NCBI RefSeq assembly: GCF_047149785.1
Contig: NZ_BAAGBE010000001.1
Coordinates: 375,464 to 439,463 of the forward strand
From: Nitrobacter sp.
GTDB taxonomy: Bacteria > Pseudomonadota > Alphaproteobacteria > Rhizobiales > Xanthobacteraceae
DNA length: 64,000 nucleotides
Direction: 5' to 3'
Positions 1-8,624 of the stretch are shown in pieces. Below the pieces are notes generated by a model. The model was not told where the DNA came from. It was given only the letters and a program-made list of their open reading frames with translations, and did not search any database. Position numbers and translations under genes: made by a program. Each line of letters begins with the position of its first letter. The first letter of the stretch is position 1.

Positions 1-72
1 ATGCGCAGCAGGCTCGCGAAGAACCCGGATCGCCGGCTCCACGACAGCAGCGGTCGGCTGATATGCAACATG
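1..72 (-). CDS. 5' end of an unidentified CDS running off the left edge, divergent from the TetR gene
   Basis: ATG at 72..70 on the minus strand, followed by 23 open codons (MLHISRPLLSWSRRSGFFASLLR) to the window edge. Too short to identify. Confidence 0.25.
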
Positions 73-202
73 GCGAAGCCGCTTGCCTTCCGGTCTGAAT
101 AGGTGTTCAGTTTTTCGCGGCGCTTCAACGCCGACGTCACGCAACCCTTTGAAGACAGTGCGTTCCGGCCAACGCCGCGGCGGTCGAGGACACAAAACGC
201 GC

Positions 203-886
203 ATGGTTTATCGGCGGACTCATCAGGTCATGAAGCGCCTCGCGGCGCGTCGCAGCGCCATCCTGGCCGCGGCGCGCGATACGGCAAGCCACGGCGGCAT
301 GGCGGCGGTGCAGATCGCGCCGGTTGCGGTTCGCGCCAACGTCGCCGCCGGCACGGTCTATCGTTATTTTCCCTCGAAAGCCGATCTGATTTCCGAACTG
401 ATCGCGGAAGTTGCGCGCGATGAACTGATCGCGATACGCGGTGCCGCCGACGCAGCGCCGGGTCCGTCCTCGGCGCTCGCCGCCGCCCTCGGCACTGTCG
501 CGCTGAATATGGTAACGCACGGGAAACTGGCCTGGGGCATCCTTGCCGAGCCGGTTGACGTTGACGTCGCTGCGACGCGGCTGGCAAGTCGCCGCGAAAT
601 TACCGGTGAGATTGAAACGCGCATCGTCGCTGCGGTGCGTGCCGGACATCTGCCGGCGCAGGATACGTCGCTGGCCGCGACCGCGCTGCTTGGCGCGCTG
701 CATGAATCCCTTGTCGGTCCGCTGGCGCCCGACCACCTTGACGATCCAGCGAGACTCCGCGACGTCGTGCAGACCGCCACTCTGCTGGCCTTGCGCGCGG
801 TCGGGGTGACGGATGCGCGCGCCCGCGGCCTTGTGGTGCAGGCTGCCCTGCCGGCCAGGATGCCGGCAGGGGAGCACGCGAGATGA
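203..886 (+). CDS. TetR/AcrR family transcriptional regulator
   Basis: ORF 83..886. N-terminal HTH signature 'VQIAPVAVRANVAAGTVYRYFPSKADLISELI'. In-frame ATGs at 203 and 230 are preferred over the upstream non-ATG start. Confidence 0.85.
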   Translation: MVYRRTHQVMKRLAARRSAILAAARDTASHGGMAAVQIAPVAVRANVAAGTVYRYFPSKADLISELIAEVARDELIAIRGAADAAPGPSSALAAALGTVALNMVTHGKLAWGILAEPVDVDVAATRLASRREITGEIETRIVAAVRAGHLPAQDTSLAATALLGALHESLVGPLAPDHLDDPARLRDVVQTATLLALRAVGVTDARARGLVVQAALPARMPAGEHAR

Positions 887-893
887 AAGCGCG

Positions 894-1295
894 TTACTTC
901 GCCTTGACCTTGCCGTCCTTGTCGAACTGCGAGACGTAGGCCCAGAGGTTGTCGAGTTCGCTCTGCTTGGTGATGCCGGCGAACACCATCTTGACGCCCG
1001 GCACCTTGGCCTTGGGGTTTCTGATGTATTCCTCGAACTCCTTCTGATTCCAGGTGATGCCGGAATTCTTCATGGCGTCCGAATAGGAATAGCCTGCTTC
1101 GGTACCGGCCTTGCGTCCGTCGAGGCCGTTGAGGTCAGGTCCGACCTTGTTCGCAGCGCCCGGGCCGATCATATGACAGGTCATGCACTTGTGGAAAGCT
1201 GCCTTTCCGGCCTCTACGTCCGCCGCGGACGAGCTGCCCACGCTAACGAGTGCGAAACCGAGGACGGTCAGTGCGGATATGGCGAACGTTTTCAT
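894..1295 (-). CDS. Class I c-type cytochrome (cytochrome c2/c550-like), secreted
   Basis: ORF 894..1352, with the start taken at MKTFAISALTVLGFALVSVG (signal peptide). Haem-binding motif CMTCH, with a distal Met in 'GVKMVFAG'. Confidence 0.9.
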   Translation of the reverse strand: MKTFAISALTVLGFALVSVGSSSAADVEAGKAAFHKCMTCHMIGPGAANKVGPDLNGLDGRKAGTEAGYSYSDAMKNSGITWNQKEFEEYIRNPKAKVPGVKMVFAGITKQSELDNLWAYVSQFDKDGKVKAK

Positions 1296-1665
1296 GGAGG
1301 ACCTCTGAGTTCCTAATGGTGGCTTCAGGCTGAAGCGATTGGGATTTTTCACCTCCCCGGAAAGGGGAGGACGTGAGGGTGTCTTGATACTGATGTTCGC
1401 ACGCCGCAGCGACTATGATGCGAACCGCAGAATCGTAGGATAACACCAATCTTAGAACGATTCGAGTGTGATTTGGTTCCGTACCCTTGCCGGAGACCGA
1501 TGGAATCCCCGGGTCAAGACCACGATCCGAAGGCTTGCGGTTCGATACAATGGTACCGCTCGCGCGACACCCGTCAATTGCGTTCGGCAGGCGGAGATCT
1601 ACCCAAAACAGGCAAAATGTGTTTGATTTAAAAGGTTTTCCAGCGATTCCCGCGAGCGGGTCGCG

Positions 1666-3177
1666 ATGCCGGAGCACCTCTCCATGACCGTCATGATGCC
1701 CGCATCGGATCGGATGGTCCTCGATCGCCGTAGCGCCATTGTCGCGGACTTGTGCGCGATCGTGCCAGGCGAGGGCGTGATCTCCAGCGCCGCCGAAATG
1801 CTGCCGTATGAATCGGACGCCCTGACCGCCTATCGCCAGCCGCCGATGGTTGTGGTGTTGCCGGAAACCACGGAGCAGGTGTCGCGCGTTCTGAAATACT
1901 GCTTCGACAACGGCATCAAGGTGGTGCCGCGCGGCTCGGGCACTTCGCTGTCCGGCGGCGCTTTGCCGCTGGAGGATGGGGTGCTGCTGGGCTTAAGCAA
2001 GTTCAAGCGCATTCGCGAGATCGATTTCGACAACCGCGCCGTGGTGGCCGAGCCCGGCGTCACCAATCTCGCGATCAGCCAGGCGGTGGCTCACGCGGGC
2101 TTCTATTACGCGCCCGATCCGTCGTCGCAGATCGCCTGCTCGATCGGCGGCAACATCGCGGAGAATTCCGGCGGCGTCCACTGCCTGAAATACGGCATGA
2201 CCACCAACAACGTGCTCGGCTGCGAGATCGTGCTGATGTCGGGCGAGATCCTGCGCATCGGCGGCAAGGCGCTCGAGAGTGCGGGTTACGACCTGATGGG
2301 CATCATCACCGGCTCCGAAGGTCTGCTCGGCGTCGTCACCGAGGTCACGGTTCGTATCCTGAGAAAGCCGGAGACCGCGCGGGCGCTGTTGGTCGGCTTT
2401 GCGCAAGTCGAGGCGGCCGGGGAGTGCGTGGCGCGGATCATCGGCGCCGGCATCATTCCCGGCGGCATGGAGATGATGGACAAGCCGGCGATCCACGCCG
2501 CGGAAGCCTTCGTTCATGCCGGCTATCCGCTCGACGTCGAGGCGCTGCTGATCATCGAGCTTGACGGCTCTTCAATCGAGGTCGACGAACTCATCAAGCG
2601 GGTCGAGGCCATCGCGCTGGGTTGTGGATCGACCACATGCCGGATTTCCGGTTCGGAAGCCGAGCGCGACCTGTTCTGGGCCGGCCGCAAGGCGGCGTTT
2701 CCGGCGGTCGGCCGCATCTCGCCGGACTATCTCTGCATGGACGGCACCATTCCGCGCGGCGCGCTGCCGCGGGCGCTGGCGCGCATCCGCGAACTCGGCG
2801 AGAAATACGGCCTCGGCGTCGCCAACGTGTTCCATGCGGGCGACGGCAATCTTCACCCGCTTATTCTTTACGATGCCAACAAGCCGGGGGAGATGGACAA
2901 GGCGGAAGCGTTCGGCGCGGAGATCCTGCGCTGCTGCGTCGAGCTCGGCGGCGTGCTGACCGGCGAGCACGGCGTCGGCATCGAGAAGCGCGACCTGATG
3001 CCTCATATGTTCAGCGAGGTCGATCTCAACCAGCAGCAGCGGCTGAAATGCGCGTTCGACCCGCAAGGACTGCTCAATCCGGGCAAGGTGTTTCCGACGC
3101 TGCACCGCTGCGCCGAGCTTGGCCGCGTCCATGTCCACGGCGGCAAGCTGGCGTTTCCGGACCTGCCGAGGTTTTGA
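1666..3177 (+). CDS. glcD: Glycolate oxidase subunit GlcD (FAD-linked oxidase)
   Basis: 503-aa ORF with an FAD-binding PCMH-type domain ('VVPRGSGTSLSGGALP') and a GlcD-like C-terminus ('GEHGVGIEKRDLM'). Followed by glcE and glcF. Confidence 0.92.
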   Translation: MPEHLSMTVMMPASDRMVLDRRSAIVADLCAIVPGEGVISSAAEMLPYESDALTAYRQPPMVVVLPETTEQVSRVLKYCFDNGIKVVPRGSGTSLSGGALPLEDGVLLGLSKFKRIREIDFDNRAVVAEPGVTNLAISQAVAHAGFYYAPDPSSQIACSIGGNIAENSGGVHCLKYGMTTNNVLGCEIVLMSGEILRIGGKALESAGYDLMGIITGSEGLLGVVTEVTVRILRKPETARALLVGFAQVEAAGECVARIIGAGIIPGGMEMMDKPAIHAAEAFVHAGYPLDVEALLIIELDGSSIEVDELIKRVEAIALGCGSTTCRISGSEAERDLFWAGRKAAFPAVGRISPDYLCMDGTIPRGALPRALARIRELGEKYGLGVANVFHAGDGNLHPLILYDANKPGEMDKAEAFGAEILRCCVELGGVLTGEHGVGIEKRDLMPHMFSEVDLNQQQRLKCAFDPQGLLNPGKVFPTLHRCAELGRVHVHGGKLAFPDLPRF

Positions 3178-3207
3178 TGATAAGACGACGTTTTCATCCG
3201 CATGCTT

Positions 3208-3289
3208 CGTCATGCCCGGCCTTGTGCCGGGTATCCACGTCTTCCTGCGGACTAAGACGTGGATGGCCGGGACGAGCCCGGCCATGACG
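3208..3289. repeat. Family A composite palindromic repeat (archetype copy)
   Basis: cgtcatgcccggccttgtgccgggtatccacgtctt...aagacgtggatggccgggacgagcccggccatgacg. The two arms are inverted copies of each other, and each arm carries its own GC hairpin. Lies in the glcD-glcE spacer. Confidence 0.85.
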
Positions 3290-3320
3290 AACGTGAAGGC
3301 TTCGCCGCATTGAGGCAGCC

Positions 3321-4556
3321 GTGAACATCCTGCAAATACGCGACGCCGCCGATGTCGAGGCCGCCGTGCGCGCCGGCATCGCCGGCGAGCAGCCGCTCGA
3401 GATCGTCGGCCACGGTTCGAAGCGGCCGATCGGTCATGCGATGGCGACCAATGCGGTGCTCGACGTCTCGGCGTTGAATGCGGTGACGTCCTATGAGCCG
3501 AACGAACTCATCGTCACGGCGCAGGCCGGCGCTGCGCTGGATGAGGTGCTGTCGCTGCTGGAGTCCAAGAATCAGGAGTTCGCGTTCGAGCCGATGGATA
3601 CCGCCGCGTTGCTCGGCGTTCGCTCGGGTCGCGGCACTATCGGCGGCATGATCGGGGCCGCGCTCGCCGGCCCGCGCCGCATCAAGGCCGGTGGCGTGCG
3701 CGATCATCTGCTCGGCGTTCACGCCGTCTCCGGCTTCGGCGACAGTTTCAAGGCCGGCGGACGGGTGGTGAAGAACGTCACCGGCTACGATCTCTGCAAG
3801 CTATTGGCCGGATCGTGGGGCACGCTCGCGGTCATGACCGAGGTGACACTCAAGGTGATGCCTAAGGCCGAGGCGGAACGCACGCTGGTGCTGCGGGGCC
3901 TCGACGACGTCGCCGCCAACCGGGCGATGACGGCGGCGCTGGGCTCGCCTTATGACGTTTCGGGAGCGGCGCACGTCCCGTACTCCGCCGTCAAGGCGGG
4001 GTGGGGCGCGCGTCTCGCAGCGGCGGGAAAGGCCGCGACGCTGTTGCGGCTGGAAGGCATCGCCGCCTCGGTTGCTCACCGCGCCTCGGCGCTCGCAGCC
4101 GATCTTGCCTCGTTCGGAGCGGCCGAACTTATCGAGGATGCGGAGGCGGCTGCGCTATGGCGCGATATCCGCGACGTCACGCCGTTTGCGGCGGACGGCG
4201 CGCGGGGCGCGTGGCCGGTGTGGCGGATCGTTTGCCCTCCCGCGTCCGGCGGCGCCTTCGGTCAGGCGCTGGCGCGCGACACCGGCGGCGAGGTGATCTA
4301 CGACTGGGGCGGCGGATTGCTCTGGGCGGCGCTGCCGCCCGCGGCCGATGCCCATGCCGCGCCGCTGCGCCGGCGGCTCGCCGCGATCGGCGGCCACGCA
4401 ACCCTGCTGCGGGCCGACGAAGGAACGCGGCGCGCGGTCGATGTGTTTCATCCGCAGGCAAAGGGCGTCGCCGCATTGTCCGAGCGGGTGCGGCAGAGCT
4501 TCGATCCGAAAAGCATTCTCAATCGCGGCAGGCTGGCGCGGGCGCCGATCTCATGA
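3321..4556 (+). CDS. glcE: Glycolate oxidase FAD-binding subunit GlcE
   Basis: 411-aa ORF with a GTG start. FAD-binding-domain-like N-terminus. Positioned between glcD and glcF, with its stop overlapping the glcF start (ATGA). Confidence 0.88.
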   Translation: MNILQIRDAADVEAAVRAGIAGEQPLEIVGHGSKRPIGHAMATNAVLDVSALNAVTSYEPNELIVTAQAGAALDEVLSLLESKNQEFAFEPMDTAALLGVRSGRGTIGGMIGAALAGPRRIKAGGVRDHLLGVHAVSGFGDSFKAGGRVVKNVTGYDLCKLLAGSWGTLAVMTEVTLKVMPKAEAERTLVLRGLDDVAANRAMTAALGSPYDVSGAAHVPYSAVKAGWGARLAAAGKAATLLRLEGIAASVAHRASALAADLASFGAAELIEDAEAAALWRDIRDVTPFAADGARGAWPVWRIVCPPASGGAFGQALARDTGGEVIYDWGGGLLWAALPPAADAHAAPLRRRLAAIGGHATLLRADEGTRRAVDVFHPQAKGVAALSERVRQSFDPKSILNRGRLARAPIS

Positions 4557-5863
4557 AAACCGAATTCACGCTGGCCCAACTGGCCGATCCGGATATCGCC
4601 GAGGCCGATAAAATTCTCCGCAAGTGCGTGCATTGCGGATTCTGCACCGCGACGTGCCCGACCTATGTGCTGCTCGGCGACGAGCTCGACAGCCCGCGCG
4701 GCCGGATCTACCTGATCAAGCAGATGCTCGAAAAGAACGAGCCGCCGACCACCGAGGTCGTGAAGCATATCGACCGCTGCCTGTCGTGCCTCGCCTGCAT
4801 GACGACGTGCCCCTCCGGCGTCAACTACATGCACCTGGTCGATCAGGCGCGGGTCAGGATCGAGACGGAATATGCGCGACCGCTTCCCGAACGACTGCTT
4901 CGAATGGTTCTCGCCTATGTGCTGCCGCGGCCGAAAGTCTTTCGAGCCGGCATGGTTCTGGCGCGCTTTGGCCGCCCCTTCGCGGCGCTGCTGCCGGGAT
5001 CGAAAGCGGGCGCGACGACGCCGACGTTGCTTCGCCGAATCAAGGCCATGATGGCGCTGACGCCGGCGTCGCTGCCTCCTCCCGGAGCGGCCGCCGGCAG
5101 CGTCTTCCCGGCAAAAGGTTTGAGGCGCGGCCGCGTCGCGCTGCTGCAGGGCTGCGCCCAGCAGGTGCTGGCGCCGCGCATCAACGAGGCTGCGATCCGC
5201 CTTTTGACCCGTCACGGCGTCGAGGTGGTGCTGGTGGCTGACGAGCAATGTTGTGGCGCGCTGACGCACCACATGGGTGACGACCGGGATGCGCTGGCGC
5301 GGGCGCGGGCCAACATCAGGGCCTGGCTCACTGAAGCGGAGCGCGGCGGCCTCGACGCCATCGTGGTGACGGCGTCGGGCTGCGGCACCGTCATCAAGGA
5401 CTACGGTTACCTGTTGCGGGAGGACCGCGATTACGCCGCCCCGGCCGCGAAAGTCTCGGGCCTGGCCAAGGACATCACCGAGTACGTCGCGGGCCTCGAC
5501 TTGCCTGCGCCGCAGAGGCGCAGCGATCTTGTGGTTGCCTATCACTCCGCCTGTTCGCTTCAGCACGGCCAGAAAATCACGGGGCTTCCGAAAGATTTGC
5601 TTTCCAAGAATGGATTCGTGGTGAAAGATATACCCGAGAGTCATTTGTGTTGCGGTTCGGCGGGGACATACAACATTCTCCAGCCTGACATTGCGGACCG
5701 ACTGCGTGACCGGAAGGTCGCCAATATCGCAAGCGTCAAGCCGGACATGATCGCTACCGGCAATATCGGGTGCATGGTCCAGATTGCCGGTGGAACGTCG
5801 GTCCCTGTTGTTCACACGATTGAACTTCTCGACTGGGCGACAGGCGGCCCCCGGCCCGGATGA
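4553..5863 (+). CDS. glcF: Glycolate oxidase iron-sulfur subunit GlcF
   Basis: In-frame ATG at 4553 within ORF 4001..5863 (MKTEFTLAQLADPD...). Two 4Fe-4S motifs, CVHCGFCTATCP and CLSCLACMTTCP, plus C-terminal CCG repeats (CCGA/CCGS). Confidence 0.92.
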   Translation: MKTEFTLAQLADPDIAEADKILRKCVHCGFCTATCPTYVLLGDELDSPRGRIYLIKQMLEKNEPPTTEVVKHIDRCLSCLACMTTCPSGVNYMHLVDQARVRIETEYARPLPERLLRMVLAYVLPRPKVFRAGMVLARFGRPFAALLPGSKAGATTPTLLRRIKAMMALTPASLPPPGAAAGSVFPAKGLRRGRVALLQGCAQQVLAPRINEAAIRLLTRHGVEVVLVADEQCCGALTHHMGDDRDALARARANIRAWLTEAERGGLDAIVVTASGCGTVIKDYGYLLREDRDYAAPAAKVSGLAKDITEYVAGLDLPAPQRRSDLVVAYHSACSLQHGQKITGLPKDLLSKNGFVVKDIPESHLCCGSAGTYNILQPDIADRLRDRKVANIASVKPDMIATGNIGCMVQIAGGTSVPVVHTIELLDWATGGPRPG

Positions 5864-5890
5864 CTTGATGGGCGGCCACAGGAGGACACG

Positions 5891-6316
5891 ATGGCTAAAA
5901 AAGCGAAGAAGGCGAGGGGCAAGAAGACCAAGAAAAAATCGGTAGCAACGAGAAAGAAGACCGCGAAGAGACCCGCGAAGAAGTCGGTGAACAAGACTTC
6001 GAAAAAGAAGGCTCCCAAGAAGAAGGCTGCCAAGAAGAAAGCCGCCAAGAAGAAAGCCGCAAGGAAGCAGGCTTCCGGCAGGGTTACGAAGAAGTCCGCG
6101 CCGAAAAAATCGGCCAAGAAGGCGAAGAAGGCTGTAGCCAAACGCAGGGCCTCCGCGAGAAAGACGCCTGCGAAACGGGCCTCCGTCGCAAAATCTCCCG
6201 CGCGGGCCGCGGCGGTCGAACCGGCTTCAGCGCCGAGTTGGGCCATGCCCGAACCCACCATCTCGACCTATGGCCATACCGATCGCGCCGGCGGGTCGGG
6301 AGATGACGGCAACTGA
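5891..6316 (+). CDS. Lys/Ala-rich histone H1-like basic protein
   Basis: 141-aa ORF. The first ~110 aa are almost entirely K/A/R/P/S/T with AKKAAKKK-type repeats. The non-basic tail is acidic at its extreme C-terminus. A GGAGG-like RBS (caggaggacacgATG) is present. Confidence 0.75.
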   Translation: MAKKAKKARGKKTKKKSVATRKKTAKRPAKKSVNKTSKKKAPKKKAAKKKAAKKKAARKQASGRVTKKSAPKKSAKKAKKAVAKRRASARKTPAKRASVAKSPARAAAVEPASAPSWAMPEPTISTYGHTDRAGGSGDDGN

Positions 6317-6347
6317 GAGCATGATGTTTTTTGACGGAATCAGCCTT

Positions 6348-6394
6348 CGTCATGCCCGGACTTGATCCGGGCATCGGCTATACCGGCGATGACG
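6348..6394. repeat. Family A repeat, short variant
   Basis: cgtcatgcccggacttgatccgggcatcggctataccggcgatgacg. It has the same termini (cgtcatgcccgg ... gatgacg) as the other family A copies. Confidence 0.7.
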
Positions 6395-6477
6395 AGATAA
6401 AAGCGCTTCCGTCAAAACGCAGCAAACCATGACGAGGGTGGCCGATTGCGGTCGCCTTATCGGGTCTCTTGAATCGA

Positions 6478-6510
6478 GGGTCGCAGCGTTTCGCTGCGGC
6501 CCTTTTCATT
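6478..6510 (+). terminator. Rho-independent terminator candidate
   Basis: gggtcgcagcg-ttt-cgctgcggccc forms an 11-bp stem (one G.U pair), followed by ttttcatt. Lies downstream of the histone-like gene. Confidence 0.6.
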
Positions 6511-6789
6511 GGAACAGCTGGCTCGTCGCGCCGGTCAACGAGGCGGCGGTCGGCCGGTCGCGGGTCGTTCGGCGCGGAAGCGGGCCGCTTGTCCGAGATC
6601 TGCAACACCGGCGGACGACGTGGTGCGAACAGGCCGGAGCGCCCAAATAGGCGGCAAATGCTCGCTATTTCGGCTTCCCGTTTTCCGGTGGCGGCCTCAT
6701 GGTTAACGAAAGGGAAATGGTTTTCGCTCAGATATCGCATTCCGTGGTCTTCGAGACTTGAACTGTTGTTCGGCGGATGGGGGTTTGTT

Positions 6790-7800
6790 GTGAAGGAAAT
6801 AGCCCTGGCGGCAACGGCGCTGATGATGACGGCAGGCTCGGCGCTGGCGGCGGATATGGCGGCGAAGGCCGACAAGGCGCCGCCTCCGGTCGCATTCGAT
6901 CCGTGGGACATCGCCTTCGGCGCCGGCGTAACGAGCGACTACGTGTTCCGCGGCGTGACGCAGTCGAACCACAAGCCGTCGGTGACCGCTTATTTCGAGC
7001 CCCGCTACAACGTCACCAGGGACCTGCAGCTTTACGTCGGCTCGGCGGTCGAGAGCATCTCCTTCGCCAACCGTGCGGCGGCGGAGGTCGATATCTACGG
7101 CGGCATCCGTCCGACCTTCGGCGCTTTCGCCTTCGACTTTGGCGTCTGGGGCTACCTGTATCCAGGCGGCAACTGCGTTGATACTGCGGCCGCCGGTCTC
7201 GGCGCGCTTTGTCCGGGCGATACCGGTGCAATCGCTCTGTTCAACGGCAACGTCATGAAGAAGGACGTGAGCTTCTTCGAAGGCTTCGCCAAGGTGAACT
7301 ACACCATCAACGACAACTGGGCGGTCGGCCTGAACGAATACTACTCCCCGAACTTCCTGAACACCGGCGCGTGGGGCGACTACGCGTCGATCACCGCCAA
7401 ATACACCGCGCCCGCCACCGTCTTCGGCGCGAGCGGCGTCGGCATGTATGTGTCGGGCGAGTTCGGCCGTCAGTGGCTTGGAACGTCGGATCCGTTCTAC
7501 GGCACCGGCTTCGCGGCCGCCGGCTTCGCGGGTCCGTTTCCGAACGGCATCAAATATGCCGATTACAACACCTGGAACATCGGTCTCGGCTTCACTTACA
7601 AGGTGTTCACACTGGATTTGCGCTATTCCGACAGCGACCTGTCGAAGGGAGACTGCAACGCCTTCACCTCGGACTTCACTGCCCCGCTCAACGGCAACTT
7701 CACCAACATCAATCCAAGCGGCGCAGGTTCTGATTGGTGCGGCGCGACGTTCATCGCCAAACTGTCGGCCGACCTGACCGCGATGACCGGCCTGAAATAG
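6790..7800 (+). CDS. Outer-membrane beta-barrel protein, TorF/Gcw_chp-like putative porin
   Basis: In-frame GTG at 6790 after ggcggatggggg. Signal peptide KEIALAATALMMTAGSALAADMA. 'TSDYVFRGVTQS' motif and alternating aromatic beta-strand pattern. Confidence 0.7.
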   Translation: MKEIALAATALMMTAGSALAADMAAKADKAPPPVAFDPWDIAFGAGVTSDYVFRGVTQSNHKPSVTAYFEPRYNVTRDLQLYVGSAVESISFANRAAAEVDIYGGIRPTFGAFAFDFGVWGYLYPGGNCVDTAAAGLGALCPGDTGAIALFNGNVMKKDVSFFEGFAKVNYTINDNWAVGLNEYYSPNFLNTGAWGDYASITAKYTAPATVFGASGVGMYVSGEFGRQWLGTSDPFYGTGFAAAGFAGPFPNGIKYADYNTWNIGLGFTYKVFTLDLRYSDSDLSKGDCNAFTSDFTAPLNGNFTNINPSGAGSDWCGATFIAKLSADLTAMTGLK

Positions 7801-7952
7801 TCTAGCTTCAGGCTCATCGAGCCGCGTTCGCTGGACTGCCGCAGCGGGCGGAACCCGAGCCCGATAGCGCGGGCTTCACGTCGGCCGATCCGCACTGTAC
7901 AACGGCGCATAGCGCAAGATCGGCGTCGCGATCATCGATTCAACGAGGGCAG

Positions 7953-8369
7953 ATGGCAGCAAGGTTCGGCTTCCGGTCCGGTGTCATCGCGGCTGCGGCC
8001 GCGATCGGAAGCATCATCGGTGCATGGCCGGCTTCGGCGCAGGATGGGTTTCCGTTCGGCCTCGAGATGACGCTGGATGCGCCACCCCAGCCCGGCTCGA
8101 AGCGGGTGCCGTCGCTGGAAATCGGCGACAGCGGCGAGGCCAAGCTTGAGCTGTGGTGCAAGGGCGGCAGGGGTCAGTTCTCGGTTGCCGGCAACACGGT
8201 CATCTTCGCGGCCGGTCCGCTGGAGGACCGCTCCTGTCCGCCGGAGAAAGCCAAGGCCGATGACGATCTGGTCGCGGCGCTCTCGGCTGCGGGGACCTGG
8301 ACGCGGGACGGCGACGAGGTCTCGTTCGTGGGTCCGACGACGTTGCGTTTTCATCTCAATACGAATTGA
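7953..8369 (+). CDS. Small secreted protein of unknown function (two Cys)
   Basis: 138-aa ORF with signal peptide ...AAAAIGSIIGAWPASAQD. Two Cys (LWCKGG, RSCPPE). Its size and pattern loosely recall Inh/Omp19-type beta-barrel inhibitors, but that is a guess. Confidence 0.55.
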   Translation: MAARFGFRSGVIAAAAAIGSIIGAWPASAQDGFPFGLEMTLDAPPQPGSKRVPSLEIGDSGEAKLELWCKGGRGQFSVAGNTVIFAAGPLEDRSCPPEKAKADDDLVAALSAAGTWTRDGDEVSFVGPTTLRFHLNTN

Positions 8370-8403
8370 GAGCGGAGGCTCCGCTGAATCGCGGCGAACG
8401 ACT

Positions 8404-8575
8404 TTTCACCTCCCGCTTGCGGGGGAGGCCGACCGGCGAAGCCGGGCGGGATATTCTTCACTAACGCTGCTTCCTTGAGTGCCCCCTCCCAACCCTCTCA
8501 GAGCGAGCTTCGCTCGTCTCGACCCGCGAGAGGGAGCCCGCTGTGCACTGATGATGCGTTTTCGCTCTGGATATG
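8404..8575. repeat. Family C GC-rich multi-hairpin repeat
   Basis: Hairpins include cctcccgcttgcgggggagg and ctcgacccgcgagagggag. The tail 'gctgtgcactgatgatgcgttttcgctctggatatg' is shared with the copy at 50800-50980. Confidence 0.7.
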
Positions 8576-8624
8576 GCTCCGCGCGCGCGGATCGCAAATC
8601 TCGTGCTGCGGAGAGCGGGGTGCC

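Noticed and set aside
95-110. ctgaa-N6-ttcag palindrome as the TetR operator
   Set aside because: The arms are only 5 bp. Such a palindrome is expected by chance in a 130-bp spacer, so it is too weak to call.
1352-1370. Hairpin cctcccc-ggaaa-ggggagg as a terminator
   Set aside because: No T-run follows it on either strand, and it lies in a divergent promoter region between the cytochrome c gene and glcD. It is more likely a solitary family-C-type hairpin or a leader structure.
3119-3313. Short ORFs such as 3119..3313, 30787..31053, 50773..51384, 57166..57408, 58805..59191 and 61603..61941
   Set aside because: They are translations of the interspersed repeats, giving the recurrent 'MPGLVPGIHV', 'GERSDAVLRTA' and 'KWLPVRVKKTRQ' peptides, and not genes.
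4001-4552. N-terminal 184-aa extension of the glcF ORF
   Set aside because: It lies entirely within glcE in another frame and is extremely Arg/Gly-rich. The canonical GlcF N-terminus starts at the ATG at 4553, coupled to the glcE stop.
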